Positions 37,586 to 51,389 of a DNA stretch of 64,000 nt are shown here, piece after piece. This DNA comes from Raillietiella orientalis. Lineage: Eukaryota. Position 1 is the first letter of the stretch; every line of letters starts with the position of its first letter. Both the position numbers and the translations under genes were made by a program. The DNA lies in NCBI GenBank assembly GCA_036172245.1, contig JAYWIR010000002.1:3038001-3102000 (forward strand). The letters are read 5' to 3'. The notes under the pieces were generated by a model, which was not told where the DNA came from, searched no databases, and saw nothing but the letters and a program-made list of their open reading frames with translations.

Positions 37586-40500
37586 TCACTCAGGTAAGAG
37601 ATCTTTTGCTATATTTTCATCAAACAATCCTTCGTTCCACATAGAACTTTGAGACAATGATATCTGCTTTGTGGAGCTGGATGGTGAAGTTGAAAAAGGA
37701 GAACTTGCTTTCTCATCTTTTGCAGGTTTTGAATTCATGAAGTTTTTTGATGATGGCCTATTGACAACAGACTTTCTTTCCCTTGCATGTCCCAACTCTG
37801 CCAATGAACATTCATAGTTCTTCACATCTTCCAACATGCCCATTGCGATGCACAATTCAATCAGCATCTTTAAACCTGATACAAGAAAATTAACAAACCA
37901 ATCTCGGTGTGGAAACACATACACTCTTCATTTGCAGGATGTTTGCTCAGTACTGTCTTGCAAATATGCAGTGCTGTTTGATAATCTGCCATTTTGCTGT
38001 GACAAGTTGCCATTTTCAAATGCCAGCATGGTTTATCAGGTTCCACACAGATAGCTGCTTCATAATAACACAAAGCTTCCTGAGGTAATAAATGATCCAT
38101 ATGGTAAGTCCCCAACCAGTCAATGACATTAATATTGGCTGGGCTGCAACGGAACGACTATAACCAATACACACGCACTACCATATACAATTCATACTTC
38201 AAGATAGTACTGATAAGCTTGCTGCATGTTTCCTTGCAATGCATATAGCCTTCCTATTCTTTCCAAGAGACTGCTATCAAATGGAGACAATGCAATAATC
38301 TGCAAATACCTTTGGCAACCATTAAGAATGGTGGAAACAGATCCTCACCAGTCAACAGCTAAGTAACTGTCCCCTTCCAATTCTGCCAAACTTCCCAACT
38401 GGAACAAAGTTTGTTTATGTGTATGAAACATGGCATGAATCTTTAGAAACATTTCCTTGGCTCCATCCAGCTGACCAAGCATTTTACAAGTGAGTCCTGT
38501 AGACAGCGTTATCTGTTTTATTTTTCTGAAAAATATTCATCCTACCCAAATCATAAAGGGCTTCCACACATGTAGCATCACAATCCAAAGCACACAAAAA
38601 GTGCTGTTTGGCCTCTTCCAGATGGCCATTCAGAAAGTAACAGCACCCCAAGTTCACAAAGGCACATGGATTATATCTATTTTTGTTGCGTGCAACAATA
38701 GCACATTCCTCTCCTAGAACAAGTTCATTTTGCTGACAGAAAGTGGTTGGTTCAGTATCACATTATGCCTTACTAAAATATATATAAAGGCCAAGTTTAC
38801 AGATGCTACACTGGACATCTTTGTTCCCCGTTTCTGAATAGTTGTCAACATCTCAACAGCCTCAGAGATGTGATTCTGCCTCACTTGAGTGATGGCTTGG
38901 TCAATCTGCAAGCAATCTGCTAATTCTGCATGGAGAGAGTGTTGCAGTAGATTGATGCACCAGGAATATGTATCAACTTGATTGAGTTGGGGCAAACTAC
39001 ATAGCAGCTTTGTAGTGATCAACAAACTCTGCTGAACCTCTTTGTGGACCTGATGAGTTAACTGACTTAGACAATCATTGCTGATAGCCTCAATTAAAAG
39101 CTGAATATGTGTGTCATCTTCCTGAATATCACAAAATGCATTACTGTTGTTATACTGTGAATGTCTGGTACCATACACTTGCATGCTGGTATCTGTCTTC
39201 CATGTTGAGATCAAAGGGGGCATTGAGCAAATTCATGAAACTCTTTTGCAAACCTTCAATGTCCTCAAGGATAGATTGGCATACAATTAGATCCAAAGCT
39301 GAAACAAGATATGAAAAACACCTTGTCAAGCCAGATAATAATGAAGGAATAACTGCTAGAACATTCTGTATCAGTATAAAATAGATTCATGCATAAATGT
39401 AAGAGTGAAATAATAACATTTACAAGATTTAGACTGGTGCATGTGGTTCAGGCAGGATGCAGTGAAGATGTGTTGAAAACATTCTTTCTCAAGTTTACAA
39501 ATCCTCTCAAATCAAAAACAATCTGTAAACTGAGTGAAAACAAAAACAAAAACAAAAATAAAAATAAAGGACAGATATACCTTTTCTCAAGGGAATAATG
39601 CAAAACATTTTCAATTTTTTACTCAAATAGAAAGGTTTGTGAAATTTCTAAACATGTTTACAATTACTGAAAATAAATCAAGGATACACAGTAGAAAAAA
39701 TCGTTATTTGCGGAAAGGAAACTATACCATGAATACAATGATATACATTTGTTTCATAATTCCTCAAGCATTCATAGGGCTTATATTAAGAAATTGGTTA
39801 ATGCGTGTTAGCATAATTAGGGAAATAATTGATAACTGGCCTTCATGTTGCAACAATACATTCTAACACAAAATGGCTCTAAAAATCTATCGATATTGTT
39901 TTGGACACAATTTAATTAGCATTTCAGAACATTTCTGTGATTTAGGAACTAATCATGAACAACTAATCTGTCTCTTTCAAGGATCCATTCTATCCTATAG
40001 TCACTTTTTTTTTTTTTTTTTCCCATTCAGCAGCAGTAACATAGTCAAAATTCTGATATCCTTTACAAGGTACAAAACACTTGTTACTCAACATTTCTTC
40101 CCTGATATATATTCCCTATCTTACAGATGACAGATAGGAATTAAATCATGTAATTAAAACTGCACCACCACCATTCACTAGAAATATTTTTCCTCTGAAA
40201 AGGAAACTTATTAACCCTTGTGTGACTATTCTGTAATTGAAGGCTGTCCCAGAGTTTTTGGGAGAAAATAAAAAATGCTACACTGCAACTAGTTTATGTG
40301 AAAAAAAATATTTTTTCTCTGAAATACCTTGTAGGACTGTGTAGTGGGCTATTTCATTTGAAAAGATGAATATAAAGAATTAATTACAAGCCAAATCTCT
40401 TAACAAATTACTTGACATCTGAGCAAATTTGTGTACTATCCTCAATGATACTCGTATTTCTAGTATTCCAACAAAACAGAAATCAAGTAAATGCTCAGCT

Positions 40501-42609
40501 TGTAAATGATCTCTTATCTGCATACTTCAAAGGGTAACTGGAGAAAATTTTCTTTTCTCATACAAAGTTCAGAAATGCATCATATGTGTATGTGGCTTTG
40601 CTTAACAATTCAGGCTTTAAATTTGTTTTCCTGAAGTGATGGTGATGTGTGATGTGATGTGATGATGTGAAGTGATGCCACATACAAAGTTCATTCAGCT
40701 ATAAGAAAAGCTCAGTACATTCAAATGCACCACACTTGAAATTCACAGCATAGTAACTACAATAACACTATGTTGTGAATTTCACCCAAATCAATGTTGC
40801 AGACTTTCTTACACTCATTCCTATGTGAAAAATACCCTAAACCAGAATTAAAATAGATGATCTCAAAACTAGTTGAAAGAAACAAGAATTCACAAAGATG
40901 CTATATTTTTAAGAATTTGCATCAGATGCAAACTACAAAGTAGATGTTACCTGTCTGGTGACTTGGTTCTGTACTCATGATCTCCTCAAAGCAGTTGCAT
41001 GCCTCTTGGAATTGACCCAAACGGATGTGTGTCCGACCAATGTTACTCAGTACATGAGCTCTGCATGCACACCTTGTTTACATGGTCTTATAGCATGAGA
41101 TATACCTGTGAATTTGCTGGGAGCTAGGAATGCGATCTAAAGCTTTTTGAAATTCCTTGATAGCTTGTGTGTTCTGCCCCATACAGAAATACACATTACC
41201 CATATTTAGGTGCAGACGATTTGCTTGTTGGAATATGCGACGTTCTGTCAAATTTTGGTAGATACTGAGAGCTTCTGTATATAACTGGCATGCTGCATAC
41301 TGATTGGCAAGATTCACTAGCACCTAGAGGTATGTACAACATACATGATGCATGAATTACTAATGGAAAATGTGCATGAAAGGACCAGCTCTTCACTGGG
41401 TGAAATAGAAATGGAAAAGCTACAATGTTGCGAAAGGTGCAATTAGTTTTGTGCCAATTACTGTGGATGATACATACAGTAAATGTCAAATCAAGATTAT
41501 GGGCATCAGTAAGTCCAGCTTGCTCTCGCAAACCAATTAAAGACTTTTCTTTTGAAGAAGCTGCCTTTGCTTTGGACAAAGCTGACTGAAAATCATGCTG
41601 TGAAGCTAACACACATGACTCATTCACTAGCCGAGAAGTATGAATTTCTAATTTCTTGATCTTGTCAATGATCCTAATGTGCATTTCATTTCCCAAATCG
41701 ATGATAAAGAAAACACGTACAGTTCTTCAGATTTTTCTTCTCGCTGATATCCTAGTGTTGATGGACTAAATGACTTTTGTGAATATTTATTCCCTGCAGA
41801 ACCATATCCTGCTCCCTGAATACCACTGATAGGTCGTCCAGGGCTCTCGATACTTGTACTGGATAGCCTATGAGAATCACCAACACTGAACTGAAGACAT
41901 ATGTGAAAAAAAGATCGATATACAACTGTAACTCATTGTCAGGAAAGCAATTCATCAGAAATCTGTTGACACGCAAGAATTCATCAGCAACATGCATTGA
42001 TCAATGAATATGTACAAATGCTAACCTTTTGGCCTAAGCCAGTTCGAATTCCATTTCCCAGACCACTTCTTCCACCCGTCTAAAACAATGATCCATATCA
42101 GGCACATGTTTCAAATGCTTCAATCTGCATAAACACAACAAATGCACCTGCCCTTTAAATGAATGGAGTTCATGAAGGAAACAATAATTGCAACAAATCA
42201 TTCATTGACTAATTGCCATGCTTGATGACATGACTGTATTGAATTTTTTTTAATTACAAAAAATTTAAGATTTTCCACATAGCTAAACCATTGGGCAAAC
42301 AGCTGAAGGCCATTAACACTATACAATTCCATATAGTACACATGCGACTATGCCACCAGCAAAAAAAAGTAAATAGTTTAAGAAAATATAACTGCAGGGA
42401 AACCAGAGCGCCATTCCTTTGTAATCCTGATCAAATTAATTTTCTACTAATTGTGCAAGTGGCTACATTATTTAATAATTCCTCACCCCCAAAATTGAAA
42501 AACTTCGATAAGAGCCTTGGCTTTGTTTTCCCGAATGGGCAACAAGTTGAGGTTCAACGTCATTGAATCCTGAATAGATATCATCATCATGCTCAGTTAC
42601 TTTGGCCAT
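37586..42609 (-). CDS. IFT88: Intraflagellar transport protein 88 (TPR-repeat IFT-B subunit); 13 coding exons, 770 aa
   Basis: Exons (minus): 42609-42487, 42079-42026, 41890-41721, 41673-41478, 41323-41106, 41060-40951, 39298-39177, 39121-38774, 38732-38546, 38496-38349, 38309-38198, 38157-37923, 37875-37586. All introns are GT..AG with matching phases; total 2313 nt. Translation follows IFT88 in order: DDDIYSGFND, KIKKLE..LVNESC..KAK....KEK.L...REQ, NLDLTFTVLVNLANQY, LHLNMGNVYF, LIEAISND, RYNP.AFVNLG, VIDWLGTY, C-terminal DENIAKDLLPE*. Exons 2-3 lie in the poorly conserved N-terminus and are the least certain. Confidence 0.96.
40636..40677. repeat. Imperfect (GTGAT)n microsatellite in the long IFT88 intron
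   Basis: gtgatggtgatgtgtgatgtgatgtgatgatgtgaagtgatg. Confidence 0.8.
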
Positions 42610-44489
42610 GCTTTTGCTTTTGATGTCGTTTAGCTTCGACGTCCAAATCGATAGCAACCAATGCTCGCATGCATGCCGCTGGTTGCCCACAAGGAATTAC
42701 CAACAACCACCATTTCTGGCCAAATTAAAGACTAAACTACACGAAGAATCTGAAAGAGTTTAATAGACCGATCAATTAATCAAAAATTCCCAGATCATTT
42801 CAGTATCATTATCACAAACATCCACTGCATCGATACACTCAATTGTTTTTTTTTTTCCTTTACAGGCGACTAATCAAATAAACCAGAGTTTTGTTTTTTG
42901 TTTTTTTCCGATTCTCGGATGAGGCAGGAAAAATTTCATCCAGAATCCCCCTCAAAAAACTTATTCCTTAGAGGTTGGACTACAACATAAGAGTAGAAGA
43001 GAAAATGAATTCTAGCAATTTCATATAATCTAACAGATCCAACTCCTGTATCAGAATCTATCTTCGTGAATATTAGACGAAAGGCCAGTGTACACACTGC
43101 AAGTAGATGTCTTGTGATATGGGTGAGTAGACGATATTGTATATTTACATCTTCCCAGCTGTCGTTTGCAGCAACAGAAAACTTCCAATGAAGAGTTACA
43201 TGGGTTCCAACAGCTAATTTTTAATATTTTGGGCATGACAAAGGAATGAATATTGTGAATGACTTCTGGAAAACAAACTGGTTTCCGTTTTTGATGTTTC
43301 AATGATTAAGTATTGTGATGTAATTTAAACCTGCACCTTTGTGAAAAGAAACGTGGCATTCCTATAATTAATCAAAGAGCCATGAAGCCAGCCTAAAATC
43401 AAGGAATTGAAAAAGTTCCGGAAAATTTAAAAGTGTAATGCAATCAATGCAGGTACGAACTTGGTAGAAACACCGAACTCAAGTAGAATTTTCCAATTTC
43501 GAATGAAAATCTTTCAAAATATTCTGATCTCGAAGCAATTTAAATTTCCCGGAAGTTTTTCCTCTTGGGGAACTGATGCATTTGATGAACCATCTGGAAA
43601 TATCAACATCGCAATACAAAAAAACATTTGCAGATTGCTATTCTCGTGTCTTTGAACCTTCATTTCTTAAATCTGAACAGTTTTTGAGAAGTTTTCTTCT
43701 TTACAACTTGTTCAATAGTGCTTGACTTGGTTGATATAACACTGCTTACAGTATTATCTCGATTTGCATAATGACTATTACTCATTTCACTACGAATTCT
43801 GCTGTTGTGAAATCTCGTTTCAGAACTATGGAGTGGCACGTATAAACTTTTAAACACATGAGATGTATAAAATAAATTCCTAAAAAGACTACAAGGAATA
43901 TTTATTCTCACAAAAGGCACACAGTTTTTTAAAAGCATGTCCAACAGCACACAATTGTCTAACAAACCCAAATGAACATCAGGTGACACGGACCTTGGTA
44001 AACCTTCAAGCGTTTTTCTGAGTACTGCCAGCGTCTCTTTCGAAAAAAGCAGAAACTGTGACGCGTTCGATTTTTCTCCCACTCCATGCCCAGAAGCGAG
44101 AAACCCAAGGTTCAGATTGTCCTTCGCCTACAGCGCTCTTTGACGCTAACTAAAGAATTTTGTTCATCACTTTCCGATGTTTCCTTACTCCCGAAAGAAC
44201 GGGCTCGTGAAGAGTAAGTCGAGAAATATCATCCCACCCATGCAGTCGTGGAGATGCTCCGCAGCATTTACTGTTCGTGAGAAATCGCGTATACCAACTG
44301 CAAAGCAACGGGGTTCGCAACGCACGTGGAATCGTGTGGTTTGATCACGAATGACGTATATGATGAGCAGTCAAGACAAGAAGCATACGACGGTTGCGAA
44401 GGGCTGCTTACTATCATCTCCCTTTCCTCGAACGTCCTTGAATCCCTTTCGTGTTCCGAAAACTGAGCTTTGACCTCGACCCCTTGTCC

Positions 44490-44880
44490 CCTTGCCTCCG
44501 AGACCTGCTCGCCGGAATCGGATTACCTCGACGTCCTGCAGCCGTCGTGCGCCTACTGCCCCGCCCTCGTGGCGTCCCCGCTCAGCGATGGAAGGCCTTC
44601 TTAAGACTCGCTTGAGCTGCAGGTGGCTCTGCGAGGGAAAAAAAGAGGAAGGAAGGGAATTCCTCTGTCAGGACCATTGCCGATCCAGAGTTCCCGTTCC
44701 CGGAGCCACCGATCTGCAGGTTGCGCGCAGCCCCTTTCTGTGGCGCTCTCTTCCATCAAAGACCTCCGTTTTCTATCGGCCTCTGGAGACTCTCTATGAC
44801 GCGACCTTGCCTATGGGAGGACCCAGCTTCTACCATCACCACTACGCTCTCAAGGGTTTCTCGCCCGCTGTGGGTCACAG
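44490..44880 (+). mobile_element. Decayed LINE ORF2 fragment (region after the RT core)
   Basis: Ordered remnants DYLDV (YLG-like), LLKTRLSCRW...EGREFL, and LQVARSPFLWRS....V....ETLY....MGG.S.....YAL, resembling the Tx1/L1 pattern FxW...L.LP...GGLG...AL. Confidence 0.5.
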
Positions 44881-45699
44881 GATCCGTAGGGTCTCCCTCC
44901 TCTCTGTCCGCGTGAGAGCGCGCAGTGCCGATGGGGCGGGCGGATCAACGCGTGTGACTCCACGAACCTCCTCCGCTCGGGCTGCTCTGCCCACCGGTGC
45001 GTGAGTGGAAGTGGGTAGCATCCCGGGAGCAGCGCCGAGCCCCTCCGAGGGAATCGTCAGCTGGGATGCGCCTGATAACAACGCTCCCCCCCCCCCCTCC
45101 GCTTCTTCCCTTCGGAGGATGAGGCATTCCCTGTCGCGCTACACGGAAGTTGATCTGGAGGAGCGATGGTCCGCATCCTACGCCCCCTCCCCCCCTTCTC
45201 GGTGGGATCGACCCCTCCCTGTCCCCGGAGAAGCGGGTCTTTGTCCCGGCATGAGAGGCCAAGGAGACGGGTAGATAGAAGGCGGTGCCCTGACGTCGGT
45301 CTTGTGCGTAAGGGAACGGTGAACCAGGGAGAGAGGGAGAGCAATGGTCGCCGCTCTTCAGGGAGAGCAGCACCTTCGCCTGGTGGCCTTCCTGGGAATC
45401 GCGCCGCTCTCCCACGGGGAGCGGACGCGGCTCGGGTGTGCGACCCTGAGACGGCTCCTCCCTTCCGGAGAGGCGCCGTGTTTTCCGGGGGAGGCGACCG
45501 GGAAGCGTTCCCGAGGGACCGTCCGGAGGAAGTTGGTCGGACGTCGGATTCAAAGACGGTGCGCGCGACCGCTCACGAGAGAGTTTTGCCAGGCAGGAAC
45601 CCGGGAACATGTCGGCAGGCTCCCGACGACCACCACAGGAGTGCCCCGGCCCCGAACCCTAGGAAACAGAGGAGCGCGCGGGCGTAGGGCGTCCGGTTC

Positions 45700-46250
45700 G
45701 CTCGCCTCGGAGCTTCGACGGTGGGGAGCCCCGCTCGACGCCCGCGCGCTGGCAGGAGGCGTTTCGGACCCTTCGGCTGCTACTGGAACCGGGAAAGAAG
45801 GCCAACGAATACGCAGGGGAGCGGACGTCTGGGGTAGGGGGACTTTGTGGAGATTCCACCACCAGCCAGGCAAGCACAGGATCCGAGAGGTGGGGATTTC
45901 CGGGAAGAAAGGAAGGCGTTCCACGGGCTCGAGTCACTACGATTCGCGCACGGGGCGCTTTCCGGGGAGAAAAGGGAGCGGCCGGGCGGACTGCGTGATG
46001 GAAATCCCTTCGGGTTCTTCCGCTTCCGCTGCTTCCCTTCCAGCGTTTTTTTTTCTTTTTCACCTTTCGGGTTTTCTATTTTTGGGGGCCTCAAGGAACG
46101 CTGAGAGACCACTTGTCTCCCTAGGGGGAGGGGGGGATCCACAAAGTTCTTTAACGCTGTCCATGCCAACCGAGGGTGCGTGTGGGAACTCTTCAAGTTA
46201 AAGGGGGTACCCCGGGAGGGGACCACCCTAGGTCCCAGGAAGGGCTCCGG
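45700..46250 (+). mobile_element. Possible decayed LINE endonuclease-end/linker fragment
   Basis: VSDPSA (SDH-like), GRGTLWRFH (GxGxWKxN-like) and WELFK (WExFK-like) occur in the expected order; each match is weak. Confidence 0.3.
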
Positions 46251-49200
46251 AGGAAGGAGTCCTTTTCCTTTCTCACGCTTGGGAGGGGAACCCTGGAGGG
46301 AACCGCCTCCTCCTCATTCCTTCGGAGAGACCTCTCCTGGAGGTGGCCGCTCCTCGTCTCTTCCCCGAAGGGAACCCGGAAAGGATTCGCTCCTGGAATT
46401 TCTTCCTCTGGAGGGAAAACCGGGAAGGGAACTGCTCCTTGCTCCCTGGAAGGACCCCAGAGGGTCAACTTCCGATCCCGGTCAGTCATCGGGGGGGGGG
46501 GGGGCACATCCGGTTTGTGGAAACAAAGAAGTGCAGGAACGCACGTTCATAGCGCACAGCGCGCGGCGGGAGCGACGGAGGGAGCAGTCTGCGCATCGGC
46601 CACGCAGACTGCGTCGGCGGGAGTTTCGTTCGCGCTTCGCTACCTTCCGCAAGAGAAGCCCTGGGCGAGCCAAGCACCGAGGTCACCAGGAGCACCGATG
46701 ATCCGCTGGACTCGCTGGACCCGCTCCTGCTGCTCCCCATGGCTTCGCTGAGGTCCCACGCGTACCAGGGACGCAGGACTTCGCTTCCTGGAGCGCAGGA
46801 CCGCGGAGTCCCTTCCGCCAAGGCGTGTGCGCCCGCGACGAAGGCGACCCCGTTCGCGTAGCCGCTTCCCCTCTTCCCTCCTCCCGATTTCCCCATCCAT
46901 CTCCTCCTTTTGGTCGTTCTTTCTCTCCCGCCTCGGGTTCCTTCCCTGTTTTCCCTGGCATTTCGGGAACACCCGGATGCCTTCTCTGTTAGAGATGATC
47001 CCCATTCTGTTCCAGAGACCGGAGGGAGCAATCAAGTGAGCTCAGAAGCCCCTGAAGCAGCAGCAGCAGCAGTAGCAAAAACGCTTTTCCTGGCTGCTTC
47101 TGCCATTTCCTTCCTGCTGCTGACCACTGCACCGACCGTGGCCGACTTATCCCACGCATGTTTCCTCCCCCCTCCCCTCCCACAGGAGGGCACGGAACGT
47201 CCGATGGCGGAAAATCCTCGAGGCTTTCTCCACCCCCGCTGAAGCACGTGGGTTTTGCTCCCACTCCACCTTAGAGATCTGCTCAGCACCAGCGAAGTAT
47301 CCGGAATGAGCTTCTGGAAAACATCGATGAGTGTCTTGGAAATCCGAAGGGGAGAGTCAAATAAGCGGCGCGCTCGTCTTGGGAGCTTCGCCGACTGATC
47401 TCGTTCTTACCAGCGGGTACACGGCATCCCCCATTCTCCGGTAGAGTTAGGACAGAGTCGTATTCATCGCGACGTTTCCGGGAGCTCCAGGAAGAGTTGC
47501 TGCCACTGCAAACATGCCAGCCGCGCCTAATCTTTCGGACACTCGGAACGGGAATACCGCCGAAACGTCCTTTTGCGCTGTGCAGTCTCATTCCCAGCAA
47601 GGAAGTGATGTTCCCGGATAGGAGGCAGGGTGCTCGCTACGCCCTATGAGGCCGGTGTACCACCCTTTTCGACTACGTCTCAGCGCGCACTGCTCCTTGC
47701 CCGTGCCTTGAGGGTGCTGATAATTGCGGGAGATCGCAACGAACACGCGCGGGCTTCCGGCTGCAGTCGGCTGTGCAAACGAGTCGCACGCACGGAGCGG
47801 GCGAAACAAGACTTGCGAAAGACGAATTGCGCCGCCCTCTGCGGCTTCATGCTGCGTCATTTCTTTCGTACACTCGGCGAAATGTCCGAGCACCCTTCCC
47901 TGTACGTTTTGCTGGAGGGTGCGGTGCTGGCGGAGGGGGGGGGAGGCAGCAGCCTGTCGGGAAAGTTGACCTCCATCGAAGCATGTAAGCTGAGCAGCCA
48001 TTGCGTGCGAGCCCTGCCAACAGAACACCCGTGGGACTACCAAACTGAGATACCTTTCGATGCCAAGGAGGAGGAGGAGGAAGAGAAGGGAATTTCACAA
48101 AAGCTGAAGGAAGAATCGAGTCCGAAGCAGAAGCAGAGGCAATCCCCGCGGCTACGCCCAGCTCCTGCATCCAGGGTGCTTGCGAAAGCGCAGGAAGATT
48201 CGGAGAAAGCAGATGCGCGCGGTCCTTTCGACTGCTGGCCTCTGTTTCTCCTGTCAGTGATCTCTCGTTTTCGACAAAGAAAGCGAGCCTTCGAGAACTC
48301 GAGAAAGTGCGGACGTCGGAGACGGGTGTAGGCGGGCAGACAACAGACCTTGATGATCTGCATGTTGCACTTTTTTCCGAGAAGGAAGAAGAAGAATAAA
48401 AAAAAGACAGAACGGAAGACTAGCTGGGAAACATCCTGTGGTTTTGTTTTTGTAAGAAAAGAGCAGTGGCATCCGATTGGAAAGGTCAGAATGGGAGGGC
48501 GGAAAGGAATGAAATTCCTAGGTAAAACAGGATGCCTCTGTGGGAGATCTTGCACTTGACAGAGAACTGCTGCGTTCTGCGACTTTTGGAAGATGGTCCA
48601 TCGAGTTTTGGAAAATGCCATCGGGCTAGGAACCAGTTTCGACGAAGTCAAGAACCAGCATTCGGCGGGATCAGTAGCTTTCGGTCCCCATTCTATGGAC
48701 GCGGTCCCATGGACACCCATGGGACGAGCAAAAAATGTGGATCCTTGGGTATCATCAACACGACTTCAAGTTGTGCCACTGCCAAACAGCAGTTCTGAAG
48801 ACAAGTTTCCTCATCCTGATGTCCTCAAATGCTCTGCATCGTCATGTTGGTTAAGTAGCGAACTACAGAACGAATTCCAAGTTCCTGCTAAGAATTACCA
48901 AGACTTCATTACATAACGTGAGGCTACCAACGGAAAATTTCCATCATGCTTCCGTTCTCAACAAGGCAGACCCCATCCCGTCCTACGCCCATTGCTATCG
49001 GCAACGCGACACCGTTCTACCATTCTGCCGTTCTCCCTGTTCATCGAAACTCTGGCAACTCTGGGGTATGCTGAAAGCGGCAATTCCAAAGGGCATTTTC
49101 GAAAGCAAACAGTCGCGGCCCACAGCACGCTGTTTAAGTTAACAAACATCCCGGATATCCCGTGCGCTCGGTGCAAAAGCAAGCCCACCTCGGCTCCAGC

Positions 49201-51389
49201 GCTCGTCCTGTTTACAAATGCAATCTCCTGTCGATTTTCCTGTCCACACACATGTATTTCCCCGCCCCGTAAAGATGTGATTCGTCTTTCAAGGTATCGT
49301 CAGGCGGGTAAATGCAACCTGGTCTTTTTTAGATCGTGTCAAGTGTTGGACGAAGAACTCCATAACCAGCTGGACAGGAAAGCGAAATGTTCTGATGTTA
49401 AAGAGAAGGCGCATAATAGTTTTACGACGTGGCCTCGAAGATTAAAAAAAAAAAAAAATTGAACAAGGCTTGAAAAATGACGAGAGGATGCACCGTACAT
49501 CGTTCTTGTAAACGAATACCAAGAAGCATCGGCTTCCCAAATCCGACACTCCAACCACGTGTTGAACGGGATGTTGGGAGAAGGAGCAGAGATTCAAAGC
49601 ACGAACGGTTCAACAGAACGTGAAGCGATGAACCCGAGGGGATGACGTACCAAAAGGTAAATTTTAGATGAATGGTGAGACCTTCGAATGAGAAAATTTC
49701 CCAGAAACAACGCAGAAGCACGATGGCGTATGAGGAATCCAATGCCGGACCGTTGAAAATAGGGTCTCGCAGGGCAAGCTCGGAGAGGGCCTTCGCTAAG
49801 GAAGGAAACATCACGTGCACGGGCACGGATCAGATTCTCAGGTGGTGCCTCAGAATTGCGTAGTTTTCTCACAACGTCGCAGCCTTCGTTTTCGTGAAAG
49901 GATGCTCTCTGAGTTTTTCTCTGAACCGATTTCCAATGGTGACCAAAAATTGGAATGGAAAAAAGATAAAAGGTTCGTCTCCTCCAAAAGACGTTTTCCA
50001 TGCAGAAGACCTTCACTTGGAAAAGGAAGTAGAGGGGGGCACGAAAGTACCGTTTGAAAAAGCTAAAGTGTCCGCTGTTCGAATTCAAAAAACTCATTGG
50101 GTTTTGGATCGTGGGTCTCAATCTGGGGATCAAATAGGAGAGAAACTTGTCCTCTCGACCCCTTCCCCAAGGAAAAGAAAACCAAAACACAATCGACTGG
50201 AGCCTTTGGAGGTTGCTGCCTTTACCTTAGTAGGCTAGCCCATGGGCAACGCTTGGGGATAAAATGCCTTCGATCCAGGAAACAAGTATAATGGTTTTCC
50301 TTTCCGATAGACAAGAGAAATTGAAGCTGACATCTATTTATTCCATGAGGAAAGTAAAAGTAATGTGCGCGGTAGCGGTGAAAGTTTTGCAGCTTCTCGT
50401 CGGTGACCGAAGTGTTCCCTCAGAGTACGTTTCCGCCCGCAAATTCTAGCCATGGATTTGGAAAACCAAAAACACAAAAGAACACATGGGAAGAGAACTC
50501 CAGAAGGCTGTGGGTGGCGGTCAACGCTATCGCGTCCTCTATGTCGGAAGACTTTTCTGTTGCGACGGGAGCCACAGGTTTAGATTCTCCGTGCCTTGGT
50601 GCGGTCAGCAATCGGAATCTACCAATAGAACACAAGATCGGAAAACGCATCAACCAAGCCCGGTGAGAATCCCGGCTTGGTTCGTGCCAACTCAGAGCAT
50701 CCCTATATAACTTGGTTTTCTAGAAAATTCCCAATCATCGCTCCACTCCCAGTTCTTGCTTTCCTCTAGGTGTTTCCCAACGAAACTAGAGTGTTTGGAC
50801 CCACTTAAGGTGTTCGAACCAAGAGATCAGGGAACCAACGAACATCAAGCCACTTGAACATTTGGAATTACACGTTTGTCCGAGACAGCGTTGCTTGGTG
50901 ACACAACGGCATCCCCCCCCCCTCTTCAAACGGGAGTGCAATTCCTCTTCAAAGGAATTTGCACTCGCACTCGACCCTATGAATGGCAGGCAGCCTTTCC
51001 CTCGCTCACACTTGTCTTTCCTGTGCATCCACAGAGAAGCTCCATGCGCAATACCTTTGCATCAAGTGTGGTCGGGAGAGGCCCGAAGTTCCGACACGCA
51101 AGCGATACCTTAAGACGCGGCTGCTGCCCGAGCACGTGGAAAACGCAAGGCCCCCTCGCAGTGCTTCGTCTCCGCATGTTGGCCACCTCCGCTCTCGATG
51201 ACTGTATGCATCTTTGGGAGAATTTTCTAGAAAAGCTCAGCCACTCCAGATACAGAAAAGAAGGACGTGGGCATTTTCTGGAGCGGAGTACAATAGGCCA
51301 CTGTATAAGGCGGGACACACGTTCCTGGTCACACGAATCCGCGTTCTACGAGCCCTATGGTTTCGTCACGCATGGATACCACGAGAGTA

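Noticed and set aside
39299..40950. Short plus-strand ORFs or a nested snoRNA in the long IFT88 intron
   Set aside because: Low-complexity AT-rich ORFs; no convincing paired C/D or H/ACA structure.
36600..44300. AT-rich island as horizontally acquired or contaminant DNA
   Set aside because: It encodes an intron-rich animal-type IFT88, short introns also occur in the GC-rich CD36 gene, and composition changes over shoulders; methylation-driven decay is a simpler explanation.
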